This document shows positions 1-9,122 of a stretch of DNA of 32,000 nucleotides, in pieces. The position numbers and the translations under genes are program-made. Below the pieces are notes generated by a model that did not search any database, was not told the DNA's origin, and saw only the letters and a list, made by a program, of their open reading frames with translations. The first letter of the stretch is position 1. Every line of letters starts with the position of its first letter. This stretch comes from Pyrobaculum aerophilum str. IM2 (GTDB lineage Archaea; Thermoproteota; Thermoprotei; Thermoproteales; Thermoproteaceae): the NCBI RefSeq assembly GCF_000007225.1, contig NC_003364.1:1920001-1952000 (forward strand). Reading direction: 5' to 3'.

Positions 1-22
1 CGGAGGAGAGGCCGAGGCCGTT

Positions 23-1105
23 GTGACAATGTGGTATTTCTCGCGGCCGGCAAGACGGCGGGTGTGGTATGTAGACACGCGCGAGCCGGCTAGGGGTAAA
101 TACAGAGACCTCCTCAGCCCTGAGGGCGTGAGGAGCGAAAAGCTTGCCCGCGCTATTAAAGCTATCAACAATCGCGTAGCTCATGACGATGGCAGCTTGC
201 TGTTCGACGTGTTGAGCTCTGAGTTTAAAACCCTCTCTGGAGAGCCCACTCTGCCGAAGGTAGTTTACAAGTCGGTGGAGAGATTAAAGGGAGTATCCGC
301 CGAAAAAGCCACGAGTTTTGAACGCAATATCGACGTAATTAGATACTATATTTACGAGCCCCTCCGCCCCGGCTACGCCGAGCAGGCTGTGTACGTGGCG
401 TACGAGTTAGAGAGGAGGGGGGTAGGCGAAGTTATAAGCATAGGCTGCGGCCCCGCTTACCGCGAGGTTATGCTCAAAGAGCTGATACCCGTTGACGTCA
501 AGTGCGTGGAGCCCTCTCCGTTTTTCAAACAGCTGTCCCCCGTCCCTGTAATTGACGGCGTGCCGCAGGGAGTTAACGCTATAGTCTCCTTCGGATCTCC
601 TCGCCACACAGCGAACTTTTTGAAAATGGCCTCGGAGAAATTAAAAAGCGGCGGCGTCTTGATCGTCTCAGACGAATTTATTGACGACTACGCCTCTGAG
701 GGCGCGAGGAGGAGGAACGTAATTAAACACCACTTGGGCTATCTTTTAGACATCCCGCTGGTCTCGTACAGAGATGAGATGCTTTCGGCTTACAACGCCT
801 CTTACAAGAATTTATCTCTCTCGCTTAGAATATTATCTAGAGTGTATTATGAAGTTTACGAAAGAGTTAAAACAGAGCTGTATACTACAGACGTTGAAAT
901 GGCCTTTTTGAACTTTTACTTTTTGGAGTTAACTGCTATGTTGCTCGGCGTTGCGTATATTGAAGAGAGGAAAACCTCAGTGGAGAGGTTCATATCAGAG
1001 GCGTCGGAGGTTGGCTTGAGGCTTGAGGCTCACTATAAGGTCTACTCCACGGGCTGGGGGAAGGCCGGAGCCGGCACCCACGTGCTTGTTTTTGTCAAGA
1101 CATGA
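23..1105 (+). CDS. Class I SAM-dependent methyltransferase-like protein (360 aa) with an extra C-terminal helical region
   Basis: Long ORF. Glycine-rich motif I VISIGCGPAY is followed by Rossmann-like strands (VKCVEPSP, IVSFGSP, GGVLIVSDEF). Start is GTG 23 or ATG 29. The stop overlaps the next start (ATGA at 1102-1105). Confidence 0.6.
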   Translation: MTMWYFSRPARRRVWYVDTREPARGKYRDLLSPEGVRSEKLARAIKAINNRVAHDDGSLLFDVLSSEFKTLSGEPTLPKVVYKSVERLKGVSAEKATSFERNIDVIRYYIYEPLRPGYAEQAVYVAYELERRGVGEVISIGCGPAYREVMLKELIPVDVKCVEPSPFFKQLSPVPVIDGVPQGVNAIVSFGSPRHTANFLKMASEKLKSGGVLIVSDEFIDDYASEGARRRNVIKHHLGYLLDIPLVSYRDEMLSAYNASYKNLSLSLRILSRVYYEVYERVKTELYTTDVEMAFLNFYFLELTAMLLGVAYIEERKTSVERFISEASEVGLRLEAHYKVYSTGWGKAGAGTHVLVFVKT

Positions 1106-1944
1106 GGCTTTTAGGGGTTTTAGAAATGGTCGTCGTTACTGCGATTTGGGGCAGTGTGTCCATACTCGCCATATGGTCAGGGCTGCCGTCGCCTGTCTTT
1201 GTATTTTTCAGAGTGTTTATCGCGTTCCTAATTCTGCTGGCATTTCTACGGGAATTTGACGCCAAAAATTTTCTCCGCATATCTGTATTTCTCTCAGGGA
1301 TTTTCCTCGCGTTGAACTGGATAGCGCTTTTCTACGCCGTTTTGTTAGTCCCGGTGGCTGAGGCAGTTATGCTATACTATACGGGCCCGCTCCTCGCCGT
1401 TGTCATCATGCACTTCTTAGGCGAGAGGGCGGGCTTGGCTAGGCTGGGGCTAGCCGCGGCGGCGTTTATAGGCGCCGTGGCTGTGATTAAGCCGTTTAAT
1501 ATAAGCGGCAGCGCCGGCGCGTTGATAGCCCTCGTCAGCGGCGTTTTGTACGGCCTCTTAATCGTCACAAATAAACTCGCCGTTAGGTCGCTTCCGCCAA
1601 TAAGGCTAGTGTTTTACCAAACGGCGATTGCGGCCATTGTCACTGCGCCTTTTCTTTTCACGACGGAATTCCGCCTAACGCCGAGCGGGCTCGCCGTGGC
1701 GCTCACGGCTGCGCTGGTCAATACTCTCCTCGCGCTGTACTTGTGGTACGACGCGCTTAAGAAAATAAGCGTCCACCTAGCCTCTGTGCTGAGTTATTTA
1801 GACCCCGTCTTCGCCACAGCATTCGCCTACTTCCTCCTTGGCCAGGCCCCCTCTGCGACGGCTCTTCTCGGAGGGACGTTGGTAATAACAAGCGGCGTGT
1901 TATCGGCCTTATTAGAAGCCCGAAAAAAGGGGAATTTGACTTAA
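1102..1944 (+). CDS. EamA/DMT-superfamily permease (280 aa, polytopic membrane protein)
   Basis: Hydrophobic throughout, with two similar halves typical of EamA repeats. Translationally coupled to the upstream methyltransferase-like gene. Confidence 0.75.
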   Translation: MRLLGVLEMVVVTAIWGSVSILAIWSGLPSPVFVFFRVFIAFLILLAFLREFDAKNFLRISVFLSGIFLALNWIALFYAVLLVPVAEAVMLYYTGPLLAVVIMHFLGERAGLARLGLAAAAFIGAVAVIKPFNISGSAGALIALVSGVLYGLLIVTNKLAVRSLPPIRLVFYQTAIAAIVTAPFLFTTEFRLTPSGLAVALTAALVNTLLALYLWYDALKKISVHLASVLSYLDPVFATAFAYFLLGQAPSATALLGGTLVITSGVLSALLEARKKGNLT

Positions 1945-2097
1945 GGCCTTGCTAAAACACGCTGAATTTCATCACTACTCTTGTCGTCTCGATTTGTTTG
2001 ACCACTTTCCTCTCCGCGTTTTCTTTCTTTTCCTCGCCCTGCATATGGGCCTTTGGAGCCGTGTATATACTTTTCGTTATACCCGCCGAGTATAACG

Positions 2098-2829
2098 TTG
2101 GGAGGGTTTTTAAGGGGAGTCGCAACGGGGCGCGTGTACAGGCGGGCGTTGTTAACTGCGGCGCTGGGGCTCGGGGCCCTTGCGGCGGCGGGCGCCGCTG
2201 TTGTAAACACGGCGACACGCGTTTTAGACCTGGGCCTGGGCAGAAGGGTTGTGTTTATTTCCGACCTCCACATACACAACACGGCGAAGTACGACTTGCC
2301 TAATTACGACTTACTGCTCATAGGAGGCGATATTTACGATAGACATACGCCGGGGGTTCACGTCGTGGTGGAGACTTTATCCCAACTGAGGGGGCCTAAG
2401 GTGGCCGTTTTGGGAAACCACGAGTATTGGGACATGCGGAGAATTCCGTTGAGAGAGGGCTTGGGGGCGCTGGAGGAGGCGGGGGTGCACGTGCTGAGAG
2501 ACGACTGGGTTCAAATCGGGGGCCTTAGGATATACGGCATCGACTGGCGCGAAGACCCCAGGGCCTATCCCGCTGTTAAAGACGCCGATATAGTCCTCGT
2601 CCACTCGCCCGACGCCTTCCAAAACGCCGTTAACGGCCTATACCTTGCCGGGCATACCCACGGCGGGCAGTTCTGCCTCCCCGGGGGCGTGCCGCTCATA
2701 ACTAATAGCCACTTCGGCTACACCTACGGGCTGTACAGAAGGGGGAACGCTGTAATGTACGTCACTAGGGGTCTTGGGGAAATCTTGCCGAGAGTTTGGT
2801 GCGACCGAGAAGTGGTTATCTTGTCGTAA
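2098..2829 (+). CDS. Calcineurin-like metallophosphoesterase with an N-terminal RR-containing signal/anchor
   Basis: Motifs ISDLHIH, GGDIYD, GNHEYW and GHTHGG. The N-terminus RVYRRALLTAALGLGALAAAGA looks Tat/signal-like. The ORF opens at TTG 2053. I prefer TTG 2098 (GTG 2134 also possible) because TATA-like TGTATATAC lies at 2062-2070. Confidence 0.75.
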   Translation: MGGFLRGVATGRVYRRALLTAALGLGALAAAGAAVVNTATRVLDLGLGRRVVFISDLHIHNTAKYDLPNYDLLLIGGDIYDRHTPGVHVVVETLSQLRGPKVAVLGNHEYWDMRRIPLREGLGALEEAGVHVLRDDWVQIGGLRIYGIDWREDPRAYPAVKDADIVLVHSPDAFQNAVNGLYLAGHTHGGQFCLPGGVPLITNSHFGYTYGLYRRGNAVMYVTRGLGEILPRVWCDREVVILS

Positions 2830-2863
2830 ATTAAGAATATATACTTGCGTTGAAGGCTTGGCT

Positions 2864-3607
2864 ATGGTTTTTTATGGCAGGAGACTTACAGAGGCTATCG
2901 AAGTTTTAAAACAGAGCAAGATTAGCATAATGCTAGCTAATAAGGGGCCGCTGATATACTACCGGAGGACTGGCGGCTTTCCTGAGGGCCCGGTGGAAAA
3001 GGCGCTGGGGTTGAGTTCCCTCGACGACTTGGTTATATGCCCCGTCCACTCTGTACAGCCGGAGGTTTCGACCTATTTACTTCTGAGGCTGCGTACCCCG
3101 TTTATAATACCGCCTAGATCAACTGCTACAATTTACCTCAAAGCTCCAGTAGCCGCAGGGGTGTATGTAACAGCTAACGGGGAGCAGAGACTTGTGGATT
3201 ACTTCGGTCCTAGCGTTTTTAAATACGCGCTTTATGGACCGCCGGCTGTGGGCCAAGTATGTAGATTTTACATCACAGATATTTTTAGCGAAGTCCCAGA
3301 GGCGGGGCCATGGGAAGCCGTTACTAAAGTTGTTGTGGAAAACACTTCAGACAATTACGTCGAGATTAGAAATGTGATTTATCCCATTGTATACGCCCAG
3401 TTTTATATTGACAATATGGGTAACGCTTACCTTGAGACATCTAAGCTTTCAATAACTAGCAGTAACGTAGGCGTTGTAGAGCTGAGAAATGAGCCTCCTA
3501 TAAGTGGCTTGCCAACCTGTTTGAAAACAGAAGGCGGTCTTCCATTGCCGTTTTTGAAACCAGCTGGAGAAAAAATTGCCAAGTTTTTAATGGAGTTCGG
3601 TCTTTGA
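2864..3607 (+). CDS. Conserved-looking hypothetical protein (247 aa), function unknown
   Basis: The ORF opens at 2774, but ATG 2864 sits about 25 nt downstream of TATA-like AAGAATATATAC (2833-2845). Soluble and beta-rich by composition. The stop is 3 nt before the MscS gene start, so the two are probably co-transcribed. Confidence 0.5.
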   Translation: MVFYGRRLTEAIEVLKQSKISIMLANKGPLIYYRRTGGFPEGPVEKALGLSSLDDLVICPVHSVQPEVSTYLLLRLRTPFIIPPRSTATIYLKAPVAAGVYVTANGEQRLVDYFGPSVFKYALYGPPAVGQVCRFYITDIFSEVPEAGPWEAVTKVVVENTSDNYVEIRNVIYPIVYAQFYIDNMGNAYLETSKLSITSSNVGVVELRNEPPISGLPTCLKTEGGLPLPFLKPAGEKIAKFLMEFGL

Positions 3608-3610
3608 GAT

Positions 3611-4420
3611 ATGGACATCATTGGCTGGCTTCAAGCAAATTGGCTAAATCTCATATATGTCGCATTTGTTATAATTGTAGCTCTCTTCATAAGCGTCTTC
3701 ATTGAAAGAGCTGTTAGAAGGGCTTTGTTAAACAAGGTCGCAAAACCCGTTATTGACAACATAGCTAAATTTATAAGGTACTCAATACTCATTCTAGCGT
3801 CCGTCATAGCCCTAGCCTCTCTTGGTTTTGATATCACTGGGGCGTTAGTCGCTGGCGGTTTTCTGGGCCTTGTAATAGGCCTTGCAGCGCAGACCTCAAT
3901 ATCAAACTTTATATCAGGCGTATTGTTAATGTTTGAAAGGCCCTTCTCTCTGGGAGATTATATCCACATAGGGGACGTAGTTGGGGCAGTTGTGGACATC
4001 GGCATACTATCTACAACTATAGTCACTTGGGACGGCGTAAGAGTGCGTATACCTAACTCGCAAATATATAACAGTGGGTTTAGGAATTACACGGCCTCAA
4101 GAGTGCGCTTGGTGAGAATAGATGTGCAAATACCATATACAGCGAGTATTGACAAGGCCGTGGAGGTTATTACGAAAAAGCTCAGAGAACAGTGGTACGT
4201 CCTAGAAGAGCCAGAGCCTGTGGTATTCGCCAGAGAATTCGCAGATAGTGGCATTGTTCTAGAGGTAAGGGCCTGGACGGCTGGCGTTACGTGGTTTAAT
4301 TTATACAGTAGTCTTGCAACTCTTGTAAAACGCGCATTAGATGAAGCTGGCATTGAAATACCGTACCCACAAAGAGTGGTATGGTTTGCCACTCCACTCC
4401 CGGCAAATTTGAAAGCGTAG
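3611..4420 (+). CDS. MscS-family small-conductance mechanosensitive channel (269 aa)
   Basis: N-terminal TM helices, then the MscS core GLAAQTSISNFISGVLLMFERPFSLGDYI..GAVVDIGILSTTIVTWDGVRVRIPNSQI, plus a C-terminal alpha/beta domain. Confidence 0.85.
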   Translation: MDIIGWLQANWLNLIYVAFVIIVALFISVFIERAVRRALLNKVAKPVIDNIAKFIRYSILILASVIALASLGFDITGALVAGGFLGLVIGLAAQTSISNFISGVLLMFERPFSLGDYIHIGDVVGAVVDIGILSTTIVTWDGVRVRIPNSQIYNSGFRNYTASRVRLVRIDVQIPYTASIDKAVEVITKKLREQWYVLEEPEPVVFAREFADSGIVLEVRAWTAGVTWFNLYSSLATLVKRALDEAGIEIPYPQRVVWFATPLPANLKA

Positions 4421-4465
4421 CGGTATTTGTATTAAGGCAGAGAAACCTAGTGGCAGTGAGAGAAG

Positions 4466-4474
4466 CTTAAAAAG
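4466..4474 (+). promoter_or_regulatory. TATA-box-like element for tRNA-Arg
   Basis: CTTAAAAAG is centred about 25 nt upstream of tRNA position 1 (4495). Confidence 0.4.
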
Positions 4475-4494
4475 AAGCTATTACCTTTAAGACG

Positions 4495-4596
4495 GGGCCC
4501 GTAGCTCAGCCTGGACAGAGCGGCGGTGGACCCGGCCTTGGTCCGCCGAGCCTCCGGAGCCGTAGGTCGTGGGTTCGAATCCCACCGGGCCCGCCA
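4495..4596 (+). tRNA. tRNA-Arg (anticodon CCG at 4554-4556) with a 24-nt intron at 4527-4550 inside the anticodon stem; CCA encoded
   Basis: Cloverleaf read by eye. Acceptor GGGCCCG/CGGGCCC, D arm GCTC-AGCCTGGACA-GAGC, T arm GTGGG-TTCGAAT-CCCAC. A 5-bp anticodon stem plus 7-nt loop (GCGGC CTCCGGA GCCGT) appears only after removing 24 nt. Confidence 0.8.
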
Positions 4597-4911
4597 GTCT
4601 TTACGTCCGTTGCGAGGGCTGTGAAAAGGCGAAGGCCACTATGCGGCGCCTTTACCCACTCGTCGTATAGGGGACTCTGTTGCCGCTTCGCGTTTTGTGA
4701 TGAAACAATTTATCTCCCCGTTACTGTCCACCTCACCCTTTCTCAAAGCGTTTTCCGCGGCCGGCACGGAATCGAGCTCCCGCTTATTTGACACGTGGCG
4801 AAATATACCGCCACTTTTTCATATTGGGAAGTGTCGTGACAAAACAGCGCCCATGCCGTGACTCCACGGTATCAGAATGTCCAATTAGTGTTTCTTTGCT
4901 CTTCCCAGCGC

Positions 4912-5988
4912 TTATTGACATATTCTACCCGCTATAATGTGACTGTATAGGCCGCCTTGATAAATCACTCTTCTAAATAACACCTCGCCTCCGACTTGGC
5001 TTATAAAGGTCTTGTATCTAGGCGTTATTACGACGTATAGGGCGCATCCTTTTGTAAGCCTTTTCATGGTCCTTCCCAAAAGGCGGTATAGCTTTCCTAT
5101 TTTTCCAGGTATTCTGAAGCCGTAGGGCGGGTTAAATATGTATTTGTCGCATATAGGCCTTGCGACTCTATGTAGTTTTGTAGAATCAAACCAAAGCACG
5201 TCTACTTGAGGGAGATGTCGCGTGTTGAGGAGCGCCCCTTTTACGTGTTTTAAGGAGATGTCCACGCATATATAGCGGGCGTGGGGGTATAGCTCGGCGG
5301 CTTCCGCCGCTATAGTCCCTCCTCCGCAAGTCAAGTCGCAAATTGTCTCCCCAGGAAGCGGCTTGGCGAGTCTGGCCATGGCGTTGGCTATAATGGGGTT
5401 GAGGCTGGCGTAGTGTTCATAAACTCGCCACCGCCTGTCCTTCAAGCTCTTCTTAGCCACAGTGATCCAAATGGCCACGTAGTTTTCCACAACGTCTACG
5501 TTGACTTCAACGTCGGGGTCTACGAGGCTTATGGTGAAGCCCTTGGCCTTAAACCATTTTCCCACCTCCTTTTCTACGTCGCGCGACGTAAAATCGTGCC
5601 GGCCAACCCGCTCAGACCTAACGCCCACCGTGGTGTGGGGAGTTAAATACCTCAGCGCTCGGGGCAGGCTGGCGGCGGCCAGCTCCACCACCTCGCCCAG
5701 AGTTGTCGCATAACCCTCTCCAAGAAATACGCCGAATCTCTCCACTGTCCTCAGCTGGTACAAGTCCGGGGGCTGCGCGTCCACTTCGGCGACAACTCTG
5801 CCAGACATATAGACCCCCCTGGCTTTCTTTAACGCGTATTTTTCAGACAGCTCCTCAATTAGGAAATCCTCGAGGCCGGGGACAGTCGTGAAGAGGTACT
5901 CCACGATGTTGCGCGTTGAGTCTTGAGCTAAAAATTTATACACATCTGCAAAATCGCCAACTAGTGGATAAGTATGTCGCCGATACAT
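4912..5988 (-). CDS. THUMP-domain tRNA/rRNA (guanine-N2) methyltransferase, Trm14/RlmL-like
   Basis: N-terminal THUMP-like region (FTTVPGLEDFLIEEL). Rossmann motif I DLTCGGGTIAAEAA and catalytic FNPPYG. ATG 5988 gives 358 aa. GTG 5904 (IVEYLFTT...) is an alternative start that would avoid overlapping the divergent gene. Confidence 0.8.
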   Translation of the reverse strand: MYRRHTYPLVGDFADVYKFLAQDSTRNIVEYLFTTVPGLEDFLIEELSEKYALKKARGVYMSGRVVAEVDAQPPDLYQLRTVERFGVFLGEGYATTLGEVVELAAASLPRALRYLTPHTTVGVRSERVGRHDFTSRDVEKEVGKWFKAKGFTISLVDPDVEVNVDVVENYVAIWITVAKKSLKDRRWRVYEHYASLNPIIANAMARLAKPLPGETICDLTCGGGTIAAEAAELYPHARYICVDISLKHVKGALLNTRHLPQVDVLWFDSTKLHRVARPICDKYIFNPPYGFRIPGKIGKLYRLLGRTMKRLTKGCALYVVITPRYKTFISQVGGEVLFRRVIYQGGLYSHIIAGRICQ

Positions 5989-7520
5989 CAGTAATTCTCG
6001 ACGGGACGTTGAAAGAGGCCGTGGTGAGCGGCAGTATTAGAGGAACTCTCTTCATTCTCTCGGAGGCGGTAGAGTATTTCTCCTCTCTGGCGAGGCAGGG
6101 CGATGGCATTGGGATTGTGGGTATGGAGGAGCTCAGGGATTTATACGACGTCGTGGAGAAGCTGGGCTTAGGCGATTTAGTAAAAATAGAAGTAGTGCCG
6201 GCCGGCAAGAGGCTTGATCCCAGCGAGTTAGACGTCTATGCCAGGCGGTTTGCTAAGGATAACGGCTATATATACGTCACGAGTGACGAATTGGCGAGAG
6301 ACACGGCGTTTATAGAAGGCGTAGAGGTGCTCTATTTGGGAAAAACGCGGGATGTTTTAACGATTGAGAAGTTCTTCGGGCCTGAGGTAATGTCTGTGCA
6401 CTTGAAAGAGGGACTTCCGCCGATGGGCAAGGTGGGGCGCCCTGGGTCTTGGAAAATGGTTCAATTGTCGCAGGAGCCTCTTACGCGTAAACAGCTGGAG
6501 ATTATTGTGAGAGAATTAATATCAGAGGCCTCACGGCTGAACCCGAGGAGTAAAATTGAGATTAGAAGGCCGCACTCCCTAATTATTCAACACAAGGAGT
6601 ATAGAATTGTCATCGTCTTTCCGCCGGTCTCGGAGAGGTTGGAAATCACGGCGACTAGGCCCGTAGTGAGGAAGAAGATTGAGGACTACGGCCTCGACCC
6701 CAGGGTTTTAGAGAGATTGGAGAAAAGCGCAGAGGGCATTTTAATCGCCGGCGCTCCCGGCGCTGGCAAAACCACCTTTGCCCAAGCCCTTGCGGAGTTT
6801 TACTTATCAAAGGGCAAGGTTGTGAAGACAGTCGAGTCCCCTAGGGACATGGTTCTGAGCCCCGCCATTACTCAGCTTTCTAAAAACCTGGCCACCTCTG
6901 AGGAGATCCACGACCTTCTCCTGCTGTCGAGGCCTGATTATACTATTTTTGACGAAATGAGAGATACCGCCGATTTCCAGCTGTACGTCGATCTCAGGCT
7001 GGCCGGAGTTGGCATGGTTGGCGTCGTGCACGCGACGTCGCCTATTGACGCCATTCAGAGGTTCATCAGAAGGGTGGAGCTGGGCATGATACCCTCAATA
7101 ATAGACACAGTCATATTTATGAAAGACGGAGAGGTGAGGAAGATATACGCCCTATCTATGGTGGTCAAAGTGCCGGCGGGCATGCGCGAAGAGGACTTGG
7201 CAAGGCCCGTGATCCTCGTTAAAGACTTCCTAACAGACGAGGTTGAGTATGAAATTTACGTATTCGGCGAGGAGACTTTCGTCGTGCCGGTAAAAAGAGG
7301 TGAGGCAGGCAAGGCGCCGAGCCGCAAGATTTACTCAATGGTTATCTCGGCGCTGAAGCGTTACGTTCCCCCCAGCGAAATAAGGCTTGAGGAGCGCGAC
7401 GGCCTTATAGTAATAAAAGTGCCCGAGGAGTACTTGGGCGTCGTCTTGTCCCGCGGGGTTACGAAGTTGGAGAAGTTGAGGAGAAAGCTCTCAATTGACT
7501 TCAGAATAGAGGCGAGGTGA
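5916..7520 (+). CDS. PIN-domain / PilT-like ATPase / KH-domain fusion protein
   Basis: N-terminal PIN-like VADTSVILDG. Walker A GAPGAGKTT and Walker B YTIFDEMRD. C-terminal KH-like region. Start is TTG 5916 or, more likely, GTG 5964. Confidence 0.8.
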   Translation: MSLELKIYTHLQNRQLVDKYVADTSVILDGTLKEAVVSGSIRGTLFILSEAVEYFSSLARQGDGIGIVGMEELRDLYDVVEKLGLGDLVKIEVVPAGKRLDPSELDVYARRFAKDNGYIYVTSDELARDTAFIEGVEVLYLGKTRDVLTIEKFFGPEVMSVHLKEGLPPMGKVGRPGSWKMVQLSQEPLTRKQLEIIVRELISEASRLNPRSKIEIRRPHSLIIQHKEYRIVIVFPPVSERLEITATRPVVRKKIEDYGLDPRVLERLEKSAEGILIAGAPGAGKTTFAQALAEFYLSKGKVVKTVESPRDMVLSPAITQLSKNLATSEEIHDLLLLSRPDYTIFDEMRDTADFQLYVDLRLAGVGMVGVVHATSPIDAIQRFIRRVELGMIPSIIDTVIFMKDGEVRKIYALSMVVKVPAGMREEDLARPVILVKDFLTDEVEYEIYVFGEETFVVPVKRGEAGKAPSRKIYSMVISALKRYVPPSEIRLEERDGLIVIKVPEEYLGVVLSRGVTKLEKLRRKLSIDFRIEAR

Positions 7521-8266
7521 CAAAGGCGGTAGCTAGGTATTACGACTCAATAGCCCACGTATACGACGACGTCTATTTGAAAATGAAGTACTACAGAGTG
7601 TTGTACAGAAAAATAGGCGAAGTGATAGACCAGTATATAAAGCCGGGCATGTACGTATTAGACGTAGGATCTGGCACTGGCTTTTGGAGCGTGTACATGA
7701 CATCGAAGGGGGCCCACGTGACCTCGCTGGATATCTCTGAGAAGTCGCTGAGGCGCTGTTCATGTCCTGACAGAGTAGCAGGAGACGCCGCCCTTCTCCC
7801 AGTTAGAAACAACACATATGACGCAGTTACCGCGCTGGGGAGCGTCTATAACCACATCCAAGACATCCGCACGGCTTTTAAATCAGCGGCGCGGACCTTG
7901 AAAAAGGGAGGCTTGTTCATAACTGATATAGACAACGCGTTGTGTCTAGACATGTTGTACGAATATTTACTCTTCCAAGGCGTTTCAAAACTTATTTCAG
8001 CGCTTAAAAACGGCGTTGTAAAAGGCGTTTGGGAGGCTGCAGACGGGGAAATCCCCTTCTCGTACTACGCGTATTTTTACATAAAATCCGCTCTGGCCGA
8101 GGTCGGCCTTAAGTTAATAGACAAGCGGCCTATTTACTTACTGCCGCCGCTACCCACCCGCCTCCTCCAGAGGAGGTTTAGGCTGGGGGCGTTTGAGAAA
8201 TTTGACTTGTTGAAATTTCTAGCGCCGTTTTCAACGACAGTTATCTACATCGCCGTCAAAGCTTGA
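7517..8266 (+). CDS. Class I SAM-dependent methyltransferase (249 aa)
   Basis: Motif I VLDVGSGTGFWSVYM, post-I LDISE, motif GGLFITD. The GTG start overlaps the upstream stop (GTGA at 7517-7520). Confidence 0.7.
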   Translation: MTKAVARYYDSIAHVYDDVYLKMKYYRVLYRKIGEVIDQYIKPGMYVLDVGSGTGFWSVYMTSKGAHVTSLDISEKSLRRCSCPDRVAGDAALLPVRNNTYDAVTALGSVYNHIQDIRTAFKSAARTLKKGGLFITDIDNALCLDMLYEYLLFQGVSKLISALKNGVVKGVWEAADGEIPFSYYAYFYIKSALAEVGLKLIDKRPIYLLPPLPTRLLQRRFRLGAFEKFDLLKFLAPFSTTVIYIAVKA

Positions 8267-9119
8267 CGAGAAGAGTTTCGAAATCCTCTGGGATGTATAT
8301 ATAGGGTGGGGGGCTAATCCTTGAGGCGAGCTCTCTGTGTCTGCTTTTGTCCGGGTAGCGGGCGCTCACGTGAGTTAATATTAACACCTGCGCGTTGAGG
8401 GCCCTCGCCGCCTCAATGGCGTCTGCCACTGTGGAGTGGCCCTCTTCATGTGCCTTGGAGGGGCTGACGTCGTCGGCGAATGTGGCCTCGTGGATTAACA
8501 CGTCTACAGACCCGACTTTTTTCCACATCTCGGGGCACGGCGCGGTGTCCCCAGTGTAGAGCAAATACTTGAATCTTTTATGGGCTGGGTCTGCCACCTC
8601 CTCCGGCGTGATAATCCTATCCCCTATTTTCACCGGCTTCCCCTTGATTAATTCCGTCAACGCCCACTTCGGAAGCCCCGACGTCTTTGAAAGATCTAGT
8701 TTATACCCCACGTCCCATTGTATAAGCCACCCACACGCGTCTACTGTATGGCAGACCTCCACGCATTTAATTTTAAAACGCTCCTCTTCATAGGAGTCCG
8801 CCACCTCTACCCCTAATTTGCTCAAAGCCCCGTGCATTGATTTCGGCGCCAGCACCTTAAGCCTGCCCCCGAGGAATTTACTCGTGATAACAAGCCCAGG
8901 GAGTCCGAGTATGTGATCTTCATGCATATGCGTAACTGCAATTAAAGTCAGTGACGAGGGGGATATTCCAATTTGTAACAGCCTGTACTGAACGCCCTCT
9001 CCCGCGTCCAGCAGAACTCTGTGCCCAAGCCAGTCCTCAAGGTATATAGCTGGAAGCATTCTGTCAGCCTTAGGCACGGCCCCTCCGCTGCCTAATATAA
9101 CTAGTTTTACTATTGGCAT
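8256..9119 (-). CDS. rnz: Ribonuclease Z (tRNA 3' endonuclease, metallo-beta-lactamase fold)
   Basis: LGSGGAVP start and the HxHxDH motif (THMHEDHILGLPGL). Length 287 aa, typical of short-form RNase Z. Confidence 0.85.
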   Translation of the reverse strand: MPIVKLVILGSGGAVPKADRMLPAIYLEDWLGHRVLLDAGEGVQYRLLQIGISPSSLTLIAVTHMHEDHILGLPGLVITSKFLGGRLKVLAPKSMHGALSKLGVEVADSYEEERFKIKCVEVCHTVDACGWLIQWDVGYKLDLSKTSGLPKWALTELIKGKPVKIGDRIITPEEVADPAHKRFKYLLYTGDTAPCPEMWKKVGSVDVLIHEATFADDVSPSKAHEEGHSTVADAIEAARALNAQVLILTHVSARYPDKSRHRELASRISPPPYIYIPEDFETLLVKL

Positions 9120-9122
9120 TTT

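Noticed and set aside
4697-4703. C-box-like GTGATGA in the spacer after tRNA-Arg. Similar isolated C boxes occur at 17775-17781 (CTGATGA, + strand, after tRNA-Trp) and 1969-1975 (GTGATGA on the minus strand).
   Set aside because: None has a CTGA D box or a C'/D' pair at the required spacing of about 12 nt, and none has a terminal stem.
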